Shown here piece by piece: positions 19,043 through 27,224 of a DNA stretch of 35,876 nt; position 1 is the first letter of the stretch; the number at the start of each line of letters is the position of its first letter. Both the position numbers and the translations under genes were made by a program. Below the pieces are notes generated by a model. That model saw only the letters and a list, made by a program, of their open reading frames with translations, was not told the DNA's origin and ran no database searches. The stretch lies in the NCBI GenBank assembly GCA_031425655.1, contig JANPJS010000235.1, forward strand, positions 1 to 35,876, read 5' to 3'. The stretch comes from Abditibacteriaceae bacterium. Lineage in GTDB: Bacteria; Armatimonadota; Abditibacteriia; Abditibacteriales; Abditibacteriaceae.

Positions 19043-19276
19043 ATGGCAAAAGTTTACGAAGAAATCGTGGATTTTATCGCGGGCGGCACTACGCCGGGCA
19101 GCGTGATTGCCTTTCAGCCCTCGGCGGAAGCCAAAGCGCGGCTGGAAACGCTGGTGCAACGCCACAAAAACGCGACTCTCACATCTGACGAAGCAGCGGA
19201 GTTAGAGCATTTTCTCCACGTTGAACACTTGATGCGCTTAGCCAAAGCGCGAGCACGGCAACGTCTGGCGCAATGA
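19043..19276 (+). CDS. Small helical protein, putative antitoxin-like partner of the HNH nuclease
   Basis: 77 aa, ATGA overlap with the HNH gene; TAAAAT -10-like box 7 nt before the ATG. Confidence 0.7.
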   Translation: MAKVYEEIVDFIAGGTTPGSVIAFQPSAEAKARLETLVQRHKNATLTSDEAAELEHFLHVEHLMRLAKARARQRLAQ

Positions 19277-19689
19277 GTGAAACCTACATCAGCGCCGTAT
19301 TGCGCCGTTTAGTCGCCCAGCGTGCCAACAGGCGCTGCGAATACTGCCTGATTCACGAAGACGACACGTTTTTCGGCTGCCACATAGACCACATCGTCAG
19401 CGAAAAGCACGGTGGCGCGACTGTGGCGGAGAATTTAGCTTATGCCTGCGCGTTTTGCAATTTGCATAAAGGCAGCGATTTAGGATCGTTGACTGCTGAA
19501 GGCGAATTGTGCCGTTTTTTCAATCCGCGTGCGGACGTCTGGACCGAACATTTCGCGCTCGAAGAAGCCATTATTCAACCTCTGACAGCAATCGGAGAAG
19601 TCACGGCGCGCATTTTTCAGTTCAATCATCTCGACCGCTTATTGGAACGCGAAACGCTGATTGAAGCCAGACTTTATCCACGATTATAA
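19273..19689 (+). CDS. HNH endonuclease
   Basis: RCEYC...HIDHIVSEKHGG...NLAYACAFCNLHKG, FFNPR. Confidence 0.9.
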   Translation: MSETYISAVLRRLVAQRANRRCEYCLIHEDDTFFGCHIDHIVSEKHGGATVAENLAYACAFCNLHKGSDLGSLTAEGELCRFFNPRADVWTEHFALEEAIIQPLTAIGEVTARIFQFNHLDRLLERETLIEARLYPRL

Positions 19690-19711
19690 GCCTGTGACTG
19701 CACAATAAACC

Positions 19712-19787
19712 CACAAATATGCCCGCCGTCAACAACGATTTGCAGCGCGAAGGCCGCGAAGGCTGGAAACTGCCGAAGTTGGGCTGA
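19712..19787 (+). pseudogene. Orphan duplicated 3' tail of the Gfo/Idh/MocA gene
   Basis: 19712-19778 is 64/67 identical to 18876-18942. TNMPAVNNDLQREGREGWKLPKLG* versus TNMPAVNADLQREGREGWKLPKI*. Confidence 0.95.
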
Positions 19788-19813
19788 GTAGGACTGAATG
19801 TAAACGGGCGCGG

Positions 19814-20806
19814 CTATTTGGCCGTGCCCGTTTCATGTGATTCAACTGGAGCTGGCTGTAAGGTTACTGTTTGAATCTGTTCCGGTGGCGATGGAGGAAT
19901 GGTAACAGCCTGACCGCGCGCATTGCGAATAGGAAATTCAACGAGCAGCGGCCAATTGTCGTTGAGAATGAGTTTGCCACGCACGAAAAGTGGCCCTCGC
20001 TCAAAAGGAATGTCTTTCCATTGCACAGAAACTCGCACTTGCTGCGGAACTGTGAAAAGCGACTCGGAAGAAGCCCGACAATAAGTTTCGACTTTTTGAC
20101 CTTTGGCATCCCACAAATCGAATTTCCTCATATCCCAAACGGGCTGCTTCGCAGCATCTCCGCTTTCTACAGTTAGTAAAGCTACGGTATCAATGGGCTT
20201 ACTACGATGAGTCTCGCCGGTGGTTGCTAAACGGCTCTGGATGGTCGTTACGCGAATTTTAGGATCGCGGGAGATTTGAGGCGGTGGTGCTGCACCTGCT
20301 GGGCGAACGACCATATCAATTAATAGCGGTTTGCCGGTCTTTTCCTCTTTGGTAGGCCGTGACCAGTAGGGTGTCACCTGCTCCCAGTGAGTTACTGTTA
20401 GTTGCAGTTCATCTTGCAATCTCACCTTTCCTTCCGGGATTTCGGCCAGTTTAAGGCGGTATTTTACTTTGAAATCTTGCGTGTCTCTCTCGTAGGAGGC
20501 GAAGATAAATTGTTTTAAAGGGTATGATTCATCTTGCCCGTTGCGCTCAACAGTTAACTTTGTTTTTCGAGGTAAAATCTGGCTAAGGTGACAATGAATT
20601 CCCTCCGGCCACCGCGAGCCTCGTCCTTTCGGCTTCACCGTAATGGTAACAATAGTATCACTGCCTCTGGATGCCTCTTTTGGTGTTGGAGGTGCTATTT
20701 TCGTTTCCACGATGACAAGACGAAATGTCGAAAAGTAAAGCGTAGCTCCAATTAAAACAGAGCCGCCTACAAGGGCGAGAATAAGTTTCTGCGACGGACG
20801 GAACAT
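19814..20806 (-). CDS. Hypothetical protein with N-terminal TM anchor, beta-rich
   Basis: 330-aa ORF, N-terminal hydrophobic helix, lower GC than neighbours. Confidence 0.65.
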   Translation of the reverse strand: MFRPSQKLILALVGGSVLIGATLYFSTFRLVIVETKIAPPTPKEASRGSDTIVTITVKPKGRGSRWPEGIHCHLSQILPRKTKLTVERNGQDESYPLKQFIFASYERDTQDFKVKYRLKLAEIPEGKVRLQDELQLTVTHWEQVTPYWSRPTKEEKTGKPLLIDMVVRPAGAAPPPQISRDPKIRVTTIQSRLATTGETHRSKPIDTVALLTVESGDAAKQPVWDMRKFDLWDAKGQKVETYCRASSESLFTVPQQVRVSVQWKDIPFERGPLFVRGKLILNDNWPLLVEFPIRNARGQAVTIPPSPPEQIQTVTLQPAPVESHETGTAK

Positions 20807-20854
20807 GATTTTAAAGATTACTTGTTATTTGCTGTTGCGCCCCGGCTCAGATTT

Positions 20855-22228
20855 TCATCCGCGTTTCGCCCGCAACGCCTTCACATCAACATCCAGCAAT
20901 TTTGCGGCGGCGGCTTCGTCGTTAGCGGTGCGTTCGAGAGCTTGCGCAATGAGCTTTTGCTCGGCTTCGCGCAGCGTCGGCAGCGGCGCTGGTTCGGGCG
21001 CGTTTTGCGTGCGGCCTCCGATAGCGAAGGTTTGCGCGGCTTGCACGTTGCCGCTGTGCGACAAAAGCAAGTGACGCGCTTCGATGAGGTCGTCTTCGGC
21101 CAAAATCACGGCGCGTTCGATGCAGTTTTCCAATTCGCGGATGTTGCCGCGCCATTTGTAATCGCGCAGTAAATCGAGAGCGCCGTCGTCCACGCGCGTG
21201 ATCATGCGCCCGGTTTCCTCGGAGTATTTTTTGACGAAGTGCGCCACCAAAAGCGGAATATCTTCCTGCCTTTCGCGCAGAGGCGGCAGTTCAATCGGCA
21301 CCACATTCAGGCGATAATACAAGTCTTCGCGGAAGGTGCCTTCATCAATGGCTTTTTTCAAGTCTTTATTGGTCGCGGCCACTAAGCGCACGTCCACGCG
21401 GATGGTTTTGGAACTTCCAATGCGCTCGAATTCGCGTTCTTGCAAAACGCGCAGCAGTTTCACCTGCACGCCGGGCGTGACTTCGCCGATCTCATCGAGA
21501 AACAGCGTGCCGGTATGCGCCCACTCGAAACGACCGATGCGCTGCGTGTGCGCGTCGGTGAAAGCGCCTTTTTCGTGGCCGAAAAGCTCGTCTTCGAGCA
21601 AATGTTCGGGCAAAGCCGCGCAGTTGACTTTCACGAACGGCTTGTCGGCGCGCTTGCTTTGATAGTGAATGGTGCGCGCCAAAACTTCTTTGCCCGTGCC
21701 GCTTTCGCCGGTAATCAGCACCGTCACGTTCTGGTTGGCGACTTTGGCCGCCAAAACGTAGGCGGCCTGCATTTTCTCGGACGTGCCAACGATGTTGTCG
21801 AAGTTGTAGCGCGTAATCAGCTCGTCGCGCAGATAGCGATTCTCGTCAATCAGGCGATTCCGTTCGGTGGCGCGGCGCGCGACATTGACGACATCCACGA
21901 CGTTGAACGGCTTCGACAGATAATCGTAAGCGCCCAATCGCATCGCTTCGACGGCGGTTTCTTTGCTGGCGTGACCGGTCACCATCACCACCGGCATTTG
22001 CGGACGGCGGCGCTTGATTTCTTTCAGCACTTCGATGCCGTTCATGTCGGGCAGCTTGACATCAGAAAACACTACGCCGAATTCGTTGGCTTCGTCGGCC
22101 AAAATGGCGAGACCGGCTTTCGCCGTATTGGCGCTTTTCACCACGATGTTCTCGCGCGCCAAAATGTCGGCAAACAGTTCGCAAATATGCTTTTCGTCAT
22201 CAATGATGAGAACGGGAAGGTCGGACAT
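20855..22228 (-). CDS. Sigma-54-dependent (NtrC-family) response regulator
   Basis: Receiver domain (IIDDE, SDVKLP, YLSKPF), ITGESGTGKE, ELFGHEKGAFTDA, LFLDEIGE, WRGNIRELEN, C-terminal Fis-like HTH. Confidence 0.93.
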   Translation of the reverse strand: MSDLPVLIIDDEKHICELFADILARENIVVKSANTAKAGLAILADEANEFGVVFSDVKLPDMNGIEVLKEIKRRRPQMPVVMVTGHASKETAVEAMRLGAYDYLSKPFNVVDVVNVARRATERNRLIDENRYLRDELITRYNFDNIVGTSEKMQAAYVLAAKVANQNVTVLITGESGTGKEVLARTIHYQSKRADKPFVKVNCAALPEHLLEDELFGHEKGAFTDAHTQRIGRFEWAHTGTLFLDEIGEVTPGVQVKLLRVLQEREFERIGSSKTIRVDVRLVAATNKDLKKAIDEGTFREDLYYRLNVVPIELPPLRERQEDIPLLVAHFVKKYSEETGRMITRVDDGALDLLRDYKWRGNIRELENCIERAVILAEDDLIEARHLLLSHSGNVQAAQTFAIGGRTQNAPEPAPLPTLREAEQKLIAQALERTANDEAAAAKLLDVDVKALRAKRG

Positions 22229-22256
22229 AAAATTTCCTTTAATTTACGGCATTTAA

Positions 22257-22371
22257 TTCACCGCCGAGACGCGGAGGGGCAGAGAAGATTGAGAGATTTG
22301 AGAACAATCAAGTGCAGAATACTTTAAGAGACTCTTTTTCTTCTCTGCGCCTCCGCGTCTCGGCGGTGAAA
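22257..22371. repeat. Long palindromic element
   Basis: TTCACCGCCGAGACGCGGAGG(G)GCAGAGAAGA ... TCTTCTCTGCGCCTCCGCGTCTCGGCGGTGAA, starting right after the dienelactone hydrolase stop. Confidence 0.85.
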
Positions 22372-23241
22372 TTACAAAAGATACTTTTTGAAAAACGTTG
22401 TCATTTCGCTCCACGCATCTTTGGCGGCGCCTACGTTAAACGACGGGCGCGTGTCGTTGAAAAAAGCGTGCCCGGCGCCGGGATAAATGTTGATTTTCCA
22501 CGGTTGCGCACTCTGTTTCAGTTTTTCTTTCAATTGTTCGACGTGCGCGACAGGAATCGCAGCGTCGGTTTCTCCGAAATTCGCCAAAAACGGGCATTTG
22601 AGATTTAGCGCTAAATCCAGCGGCGATTCGGGCTTGTTTTCCGAATTTTCCGCGTAAACGATGCGACCATAAAAATCTACGGCAGCCGATAATTGCGTGC
22701 TTTTGGTCGCCAACAAATACGAATACAAGCCGCCCATGCAAAAGCCGACGCTGCCGACTTTTTGCGCGCCGGATGCCTTTAAAAACGTGATGGCAGCGTC
22801 GGCATCGGCGACCATGCGGCGGTCGGGAATCGAGCCGAGAAATTTCATCAGCGCTTCGCGGTTGGTCGGGTCAAGCGTCGGCGCGCCTTCGCGCGTGAAT
22901 AAATCCGGCGCCAGGGCGAGATAACCTTGCGCGGCAAAGCGCCGCGTCACGTCGCGGACATGTTCGCTTAAACCCCAGATTTCGTGAATCACTAAAATTG
23001 CGGCGCGCGGCGCGCCTTGTGTTGGCTGCGCGAAATAGGCTTTCAGCGTCGTGTCGCCGCTTTGGAAAGTGATGTCTTTGCCGGTCACGCTGCCGGGCGC
23101 GGCAGTTCCGGGCGGCAATGTCGGTGGTTGGGTGGTTGGGTTGGTGGGTTGGTTTTGCGCGGCGGCGGTTTTCATCATGGCACCGGCACTTAAAGCAGCA
23201 CCGGCGGCGATGGCTTCGCGGCGGGAAATTTTATCGGACAT
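22372..23241 (-). CDS. Dienelactone hydrolase family protein with Tat-like signal
   Basis: SRREAI, VIHEIWGL, APDLF, VGFCMGG nucleophile elbow, YPGAGHAFFND. Confidence 0.9.
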   Translation of the reverse strand: MSDKISRREAIAAGAALSAGAMMKTAAAQNQPTNPTTQPPTLPPGTAAPGSVTGKDITFQSGDTTLKAYFAQPTQGAPRAAILVIHEIWGLSEHVRDVTRRFAAQGYLALAPDLFTREGAPTLDPTNREALMKFLGSIPDRRMVADADAAITFLKASGAQKVGSVGFCMGGLYSYLLATKSTQLSAAVDFYGRIVYAENSENKPESPLDLALNLKCPFLANFGETDAAIPVAHVEQLKEKLKQSAQPWKINIYPGAGHAFFNDTRPSFNVGAAKDAWSEMTTFFKKYLL

Positions 23242-23259
23242 GATTCTCCTGAAATGCTG

Positions 23260-24321
23260 TTATTCGCCGGCTGCTTCGGCAGTGGGCGCAGTGGTTTTGG
23301 CGCCGTCGAAGTTCAAATACAAGCGCGCGTTGGCGTTTTGTCCCAATTGGCGCAGCGTTTCCAGTTCGCGCATCCGCAAAAGCGTCGGATGCACAGCGTA
23401 AAGCGCGGCGGCTTCGGCTTCCTCGCGCAAGGCGCGGATTTGCGCGGCGGTCTGAATTTCCTGCGCTTCGGCGTCGGCTTGGGCATTCAGGCGCACGCTT
23501 TCGGCGCGGCTTTGCGCTTCGATACGCTGCGATTCGGCCTTTACGCCGCTTTCAATGCGCTGCGTTTCGGCTTTGGTGCGCGCTTCGACGAGTTGCGCTT
23601 CGCTCAGTCGCTCGGCGGTCAGCACGCGGTTCATGATTTCCTGCAAATTGCCGGGGAAAATCAAATCTTTTACGTCGGCGCGCATAATTGCCACGCCGTA
23701 GCCAGCCGCCGCGCCTTGCACATCGCGCAAAATGTCCTCGCTGAGTTGGTTGCGATTCGTCAGAATTTCTTCCAGCGTCATCGAAGCCAAACTGCGCCGC
23801 GCGGCTAATTGCACATCGGAATAAAGGCGGTCTTCATAATTTTCGACTTTGTGCAGCGCCGCGCGCGGATCGGTGACTTGAAACTGCACGATAATGCTGA
23901 CGCGAATCGCCACTTTGTCAGCGGTGAGAATCTCCTGACCTTTGATGGTCAGGTCGCGTTCGCGCACGTCCACGAGCACGATTTCCACTTTGGGCGTGCG
24001 ATAAAAGCCCCAGTTAATGTAAGCGGGAATTTCGTAGCGCCCGGCTTCGAGAACGCTTTGAAGCACGCCGTCGCGGTAGCGCAAGCCGCGATGCGTGTCC
24101 TTGATGATAATTTCGCGCGATGCCATTTGGGTGCTTCTCCGACCGAAAAATGCCGCTGCTATTTCAACCGCGACGATTAAAACGACACCAAGCAGCGCCG
24201 CCAGCGAAAGCAACGCTTGAAACTTCGCCAGCGGCAAATTACCGAGCTTTTCGGCCCACGCGGCCAAACCGCCAAAGAGTAAAAAAGCGGCGGTCAGGGC
24301 CAGACGCAGGCGCGTAAACAT
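23260..24321 (-). CDS. SPFH/Band 7 (slipin-type) protein
   Basis: Two N-terminal TM helices, GQEILTADKVAIRV, IMRADVKDLIFPG, AE/QA-rich coiled coil, PTLLRMRELETL. Start moved to ATG 24321. Confidence 0.85.
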   Translation of the reverse strand: MFTRLRLALTAAFLLFGGLAAWAEKLGNLPLAKFQALLSLAALLGVVLIVAVEIAAAFFGRRSTQMASREIIIKDTHRGLRYRDGVLQSVLEAGRYEIPAYINWGFYRTPKVEIVLVDVRERDLTIKGQEILTADKVAIRVSIIVQFQVTDPRAALHKVENYEDRLYSDVQLAARRSLASMTLEEILTNRNQLSEDILRDVQGAAAGYGVAIMRADVKDLIFPGNLQEIMNRVLTAERLSEAQLVEARTKAETQRIESGVKAESQRIEAQSRAESVRLNAQADAEAQEIQTAAQIRALREEAEAAALYAVHPTLLRMRELETLRQLGQNANARLYLNFDGAKTTAPTAEAAGE

Positions 24322-24327
24322 GAAAAA

Positions 24328-24444
24328 CGTCCCGTAGCAGGGCCGATATGAAGGACGAATTTTCAGATGAGTAGCTGGTAAGCCACAATCGCAATGTGTG
24401 GAAACGCCACCTGATGGCCATTCGCTCCTGGCCCTGCCGGGACG
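24328..24444 (-). ncRNA. Candidate structured RNA upstream of the slipin gene
   Basis: 15-bp closing stem with a 2-nt bulge (CGTCCCG-GCAGGGCC / GGCCCTGC-TA-CGGGACG) enclosing smaller hairpins; ends 6 nt before the ATG. Confidence 0.45.
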
Positions 24445-24498
24445 GGGCAAAGTTTAGCGCACAGGGCGGCCACAGAACCGCGCTTGTTCCATTTACCA

Positions 24499-24643
24499 CA
24501 GGGCGAATAGCCACGAAAAATAGGGTTTTGGGTGTTGGGTGTTGGGTAGTGGGTGCGGACATGATCGTCTCGGTTCAGAATCCACAACCTAACACCCAAA
24601 ACCCAAAACCCTATTTTTCGCGGCTATTCCTTGTCTTGCCCTG
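24499..24643. mobile_element. 145-bp MITE-like element with CAGGGC...GCCCTG ends and a perfect 10-bp target duplication
   Basis: CCATTTACCA at 24489-24498 and 24644-24653. Internal IR 24505-24629 with TTGGGTG heptamer arms. Confidence 0.8.
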
Positions 24644-24647
24644 CCAT

Positions 24648-25265
24648 TTACCAGTCGGGAGCGGCGGGAGTGTCTTGCGGCGGGTTGGCGCGTAGCCATG
24701 CTGTGTGAGCCTCTTCGCATTGCCCCACACAGTAGGACACATCGTCGCCGTAACCCCAGCCAATGTGTCGCGTGTCGTGTTGTAGTTGACGCATCCTGTC
24801 GCGGAAACGCGCATATAAGGCGGCGCCTTCCGGGGAAGCGAATTGCTTTTCCATCTCGTTCAAAACCGACGACAGGCTATCGTAAAAAGCTTCGTCAATG
24901 TCGCCAAACTCGTTGGTGTAAGACGTGCCGCTTTCGACGTAAGTCAACATGAGTTCCAGTATGCCGGGCAGGTCGGAAGTAGCCTTCTGATATTGCCGGA
25001 GCGCCGCACGCGCCTCGCGCAGTTTGGGGCTGCTGTAGCCGCGCAACGGAAAGCATTTAATGATGCGCTGCCGATAACTTTCCAGCGCCGCCGAAGGTTC
25101 CGCCGCCGATTCGCTTCCGGCAAATCGTGCCGCTAAGAAATCGCGGTTTTGCGTCGAATAGTCATGCAAATCTTTGATGAGCGCCAGTAATTGCTCCCGA
25201 TTGAATTCTTTGAGCGGCTCTTTGATCTGGCTCCAGTTGGCGGCTTTGGCAGGTTTTTGTGTCAC
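24648..25265 (-). CDS. Hypothetical helical protein (DUF6155-like)
   Basis: WSQIK..L....[38 protein letters not shown] pattern recalled for this family. GTG start assumed. Confidence 0.6.
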   Translation of the reverse strand: MTQKPAKAANWSQIKEPLKEFNREQLLALIKDLHDYSTQNRDFLAARFAGSESAAEPSAALESYRQRIIKCFPLRGYSSPKLREARAALRQYQKATSDLPGILELMLTYVESGTSYTNEFGDIDEAFYDSLSSVLNEMEKQFASPEGAALYARFRDRMRQLQHDTRHIGWGYGDDVSYCVGQCEEAHTAWLRANPPQDTPAAPDW

Positions 25266-25313
25266 GGTTCTTATTTTATCCGGCCAATTACACAAACGGA
25301 AACCGCGTTTGCC

Positions 25314-25343
25314 TTGCCAAAAAACGCCGCGCGTCCCTAAAAT
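25314..25343 (+). promoter_or_regulatory. Putative sigma70 promoter for purEK (near-leaderless)
   Basis: TTGCCA-N18-TAAAAT, 8 nt before the purE ATG, with no SD. Confidence 0.5.
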
Positions 25344-25351
25344 TCTCTGGC

Positions 25352-25852
25352 ATGACTGAACATCAAGATCAACCGCTCGTGGCCGTCATCATGGGCAGCA
25401 AAAGCGACTGGGAAACCATGCGCGGCGCCTCGGAAACGCTCGCGCGCTTCGACGTGGCGCACGAATGCCACATCGTTTCGGCGCACCGCACGCCGTTGTG
25501 GCTGGCCGAATTTGCAGCCACGGCGGAAGCCAAAGGCTACGAAGTGATTATCGCGGGCGCGGGCGGCGCGGCGCATTTGCCGGGCATGGCGGCGGCGCAA
25601 ACGCTGCTGCCGGTTCTCGGCGTGCCGGTGCAAAGCAAAGCATTGAACGGCATGGATTCGCTGCTTTCGATTGCCCAAATGCCCGCCGGAATCCCCGTCG
25701 GCACCTTAGCCATCGGCAACGCCGGCGCGACGAATGCTGCGCTTTTAGCCGTCGCCATTTTAGCCAACTCGCGCCCCGAACTGCGTGAAAAACTGCGCGC
25801 TTTCCGCGACGAGCAAACCCAGAAAGTTATGAACGACAGTATCGAATTATGA
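25352..25852 (+). CDS. purE: N5-CAIR mutase
   Basis: [53 protein letters not shown]. Confidence 0.97.
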   Translation: MTEHQDQPLVAVIMGSKSDWETMRGASETLARFDVAHECHIVSAHRTPLWLAEFAATAEAKGYEVIIAGAGGAAHLPGMAAAQTLLPVLGVPVQSKALNGMDSLLSIAQMPAGIPVGTLAIGNAGATNAALLAVAILANSRPELREKLRAFRDEQTQKVMNDSIEL

Positions 25853-25920
25853 GTTTTGAGTTTTGAATTTTGAGTTGCAGACTTTCCAACTCAAAACTCA
25901 AAACTCAAAACTCAAAACTC
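25850..25920. repeat. TGAGTTT/AAACTCA heptamer hairpin between purE and purK
   Basis: The purE stop TGA is the first unit; the purK ATG is 2 nt after the last unit. Confidence 0.85.
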
Positions 25921-25922
25921 CT

Positions 25923-27059
25923 ATGAATCCTATTCTTCCCGGTTCAACCGTCGGCGTTTTGGGCAGCGGACAGCTTGGACGTATGTTCGCCATCGCGGCG
26001 CGGCGCATGGGCTACCGCGTGCATACCTACTCCTCGAAAAGCGACACGCCAACCGGCCAACTTTGCGACCGCGAAGTCTGCGCGCCTTACGATGATTTGG
26101 ACGCGGTGCGCGATTTCGCGCGCGGCGTGGATGTCGTGACTTTCGAGTTTGAAAACGTGCCTGCCGCGACCGTCGAAGCCTGCGCGCAGTTCGGCCCGGT
26201 GCGCCCCGGCTGGAACGTGCTTTATATCGCGCAAAATCGCCTGCGCGAGAAGAATTTTCTGTTAGAAAACGGTTTTCCCGTCGCGCCGTTTCGCGCGGTC
26301 AATTCGCGCCATGATTTACAGAATGCACTCGCCGCAATCGGCACGCCGAGCGTGCTGAAAACCGCCGGCTTTGGCTACGACGGCAAAGGCCAAACGAAAA
26401 TCGCCTCGCTCGCCGATGCCGAAAGCGCATGGACAAATCTCGGTGGTCAGGAAGGCGTTTTGGAAGGTTGGATTCCGTTCGAGCGCGAAGTTTCGGTTGT
26501 CGCGGCGCGCGGCGTGGACGGCGCGTTTTCGCATTGGGGCGTGCTTGAAAACGAGCATGAAAATCATATTTTAGATGTGACGACTTCACCGGCCAACATT
26601 TCGCCGCAAATCGCGCAAAGAGCCGTTGAAATCGCGCGCGGCGTGCTCGAAAAGTTGGATGTCGTCGGAGTGCTGTGCGTGGAATTTTTTCTGAAGGCGG
26701 ACGGCGATTTAATCATCAACGAATTGGCGCCGCGCCCGCATAATTCCGGGCATTTCACCTTCGATGCCTGCGTGACCAGTCAATTTGAGCAGCAGTTGCG
26801 CGCCGTGTGCGCGCTGCCGCTTGGCTCGACCGAACAAATTCGCCCGGCTGCGATGGCGAATTTATTAGGCGACTTGTGGCAAAACGGCGAGCCGAACTGG
26901 GCCGCCGCGTTGCGCTTTCCCGACGTAAAACTACATCTCTACGGCAAAAGTCGCGCGCTTCCGGGCCGCAAAATGGGCCATCTCACGGCGTTTGCGAATT
27001 CGCCCATCGAAGCCGCCGAACTCGTGCGTCAAGCGCGGGCGGCGCTGAGGAAGGGATGA
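25923..27059 (+). CDS. purK: N5-CAIR synthetase
   Basis: GVLGSGQLGRM, VTFEFENV, GYDGKGQ, NELAPRPHNSGH, LHLYGK...GRKMGH. Confidence 0.96.
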   Translation: MNPILPGSTVGVLGSGQLGRMFAIAARRMGYRVHTYSSKSDTPTGQLCDREVCAPYDDLDAVRDFARGVDVVTFEFENVPAATVEACAQFGPVRPGWNVLYIAQNRLREKNFLLENGFPVAPFRAVNSRHDLQNALAAIGTPSVLKTAGFGYDGKGQTKIASLADAESAWTNLGGQEGVLEGWIPFEREVSVVAARGVDGAFSHWGVLENEHENHILDVTTSPANISPQIAQRAVEIARGVLEKLDVVGVLCVEFFLKADGDLIINELAPRPHNSGHFTFDACVTSQFEQQLRAVCALPLGSTEQIRPAAMANLLGDLWQNGEPNWAAALRFPDVKLHLYGKSRALPGRKMGHLTAFANSPIEAAELVRQARAALRKG

Positions 27060-27217
27060 AGGCGGAGGGATGAAGGATGAAGGCGGAGGGATGAAGGATG
27101 AAGGCGGAGGGATGAAGGATGAAGGCGGAGGGATGAGGGATGAAAAAGCGCCTGCGGCGCAGAGTCCAACGGCGCGCCGCGCCGAATTTCATCCCTCATC
27201 CCTCCGCCTTCATTCCT
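27052..27217. repeat. GGATGAA/GGCGGAG heptamer array with an inverted partner arm
   Basis: 21-nt super-unit GGATGAAGGATGAAGGCGGAG repeated about 3 times, then TTCATCCCTCATCCCTCCGCCTTCAT; lies between convergent purK and rnpB. Confidence 0.85.
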
Positions 27218-27224
27218 TGTCTGT

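Noticed and set aside
18876..19787. Diversity-generating retroelement TR/VR pair: all three mismatches fall on adenines of the orphan copy (ACA>ACG, AAC>GCC)
   Set aside because: Only three sites, no reverse transcriptase in the window, the target is a metabolic enzyme, and mismatches in the carB and recG pairs are not adenine-restricted.
27052..27143. CRISPR array (also considered for 3895-4033)
   Set aside because: Units are contiguous 7/8/21-nt tandem repeats with no unique spacers, and no cas genes are present.
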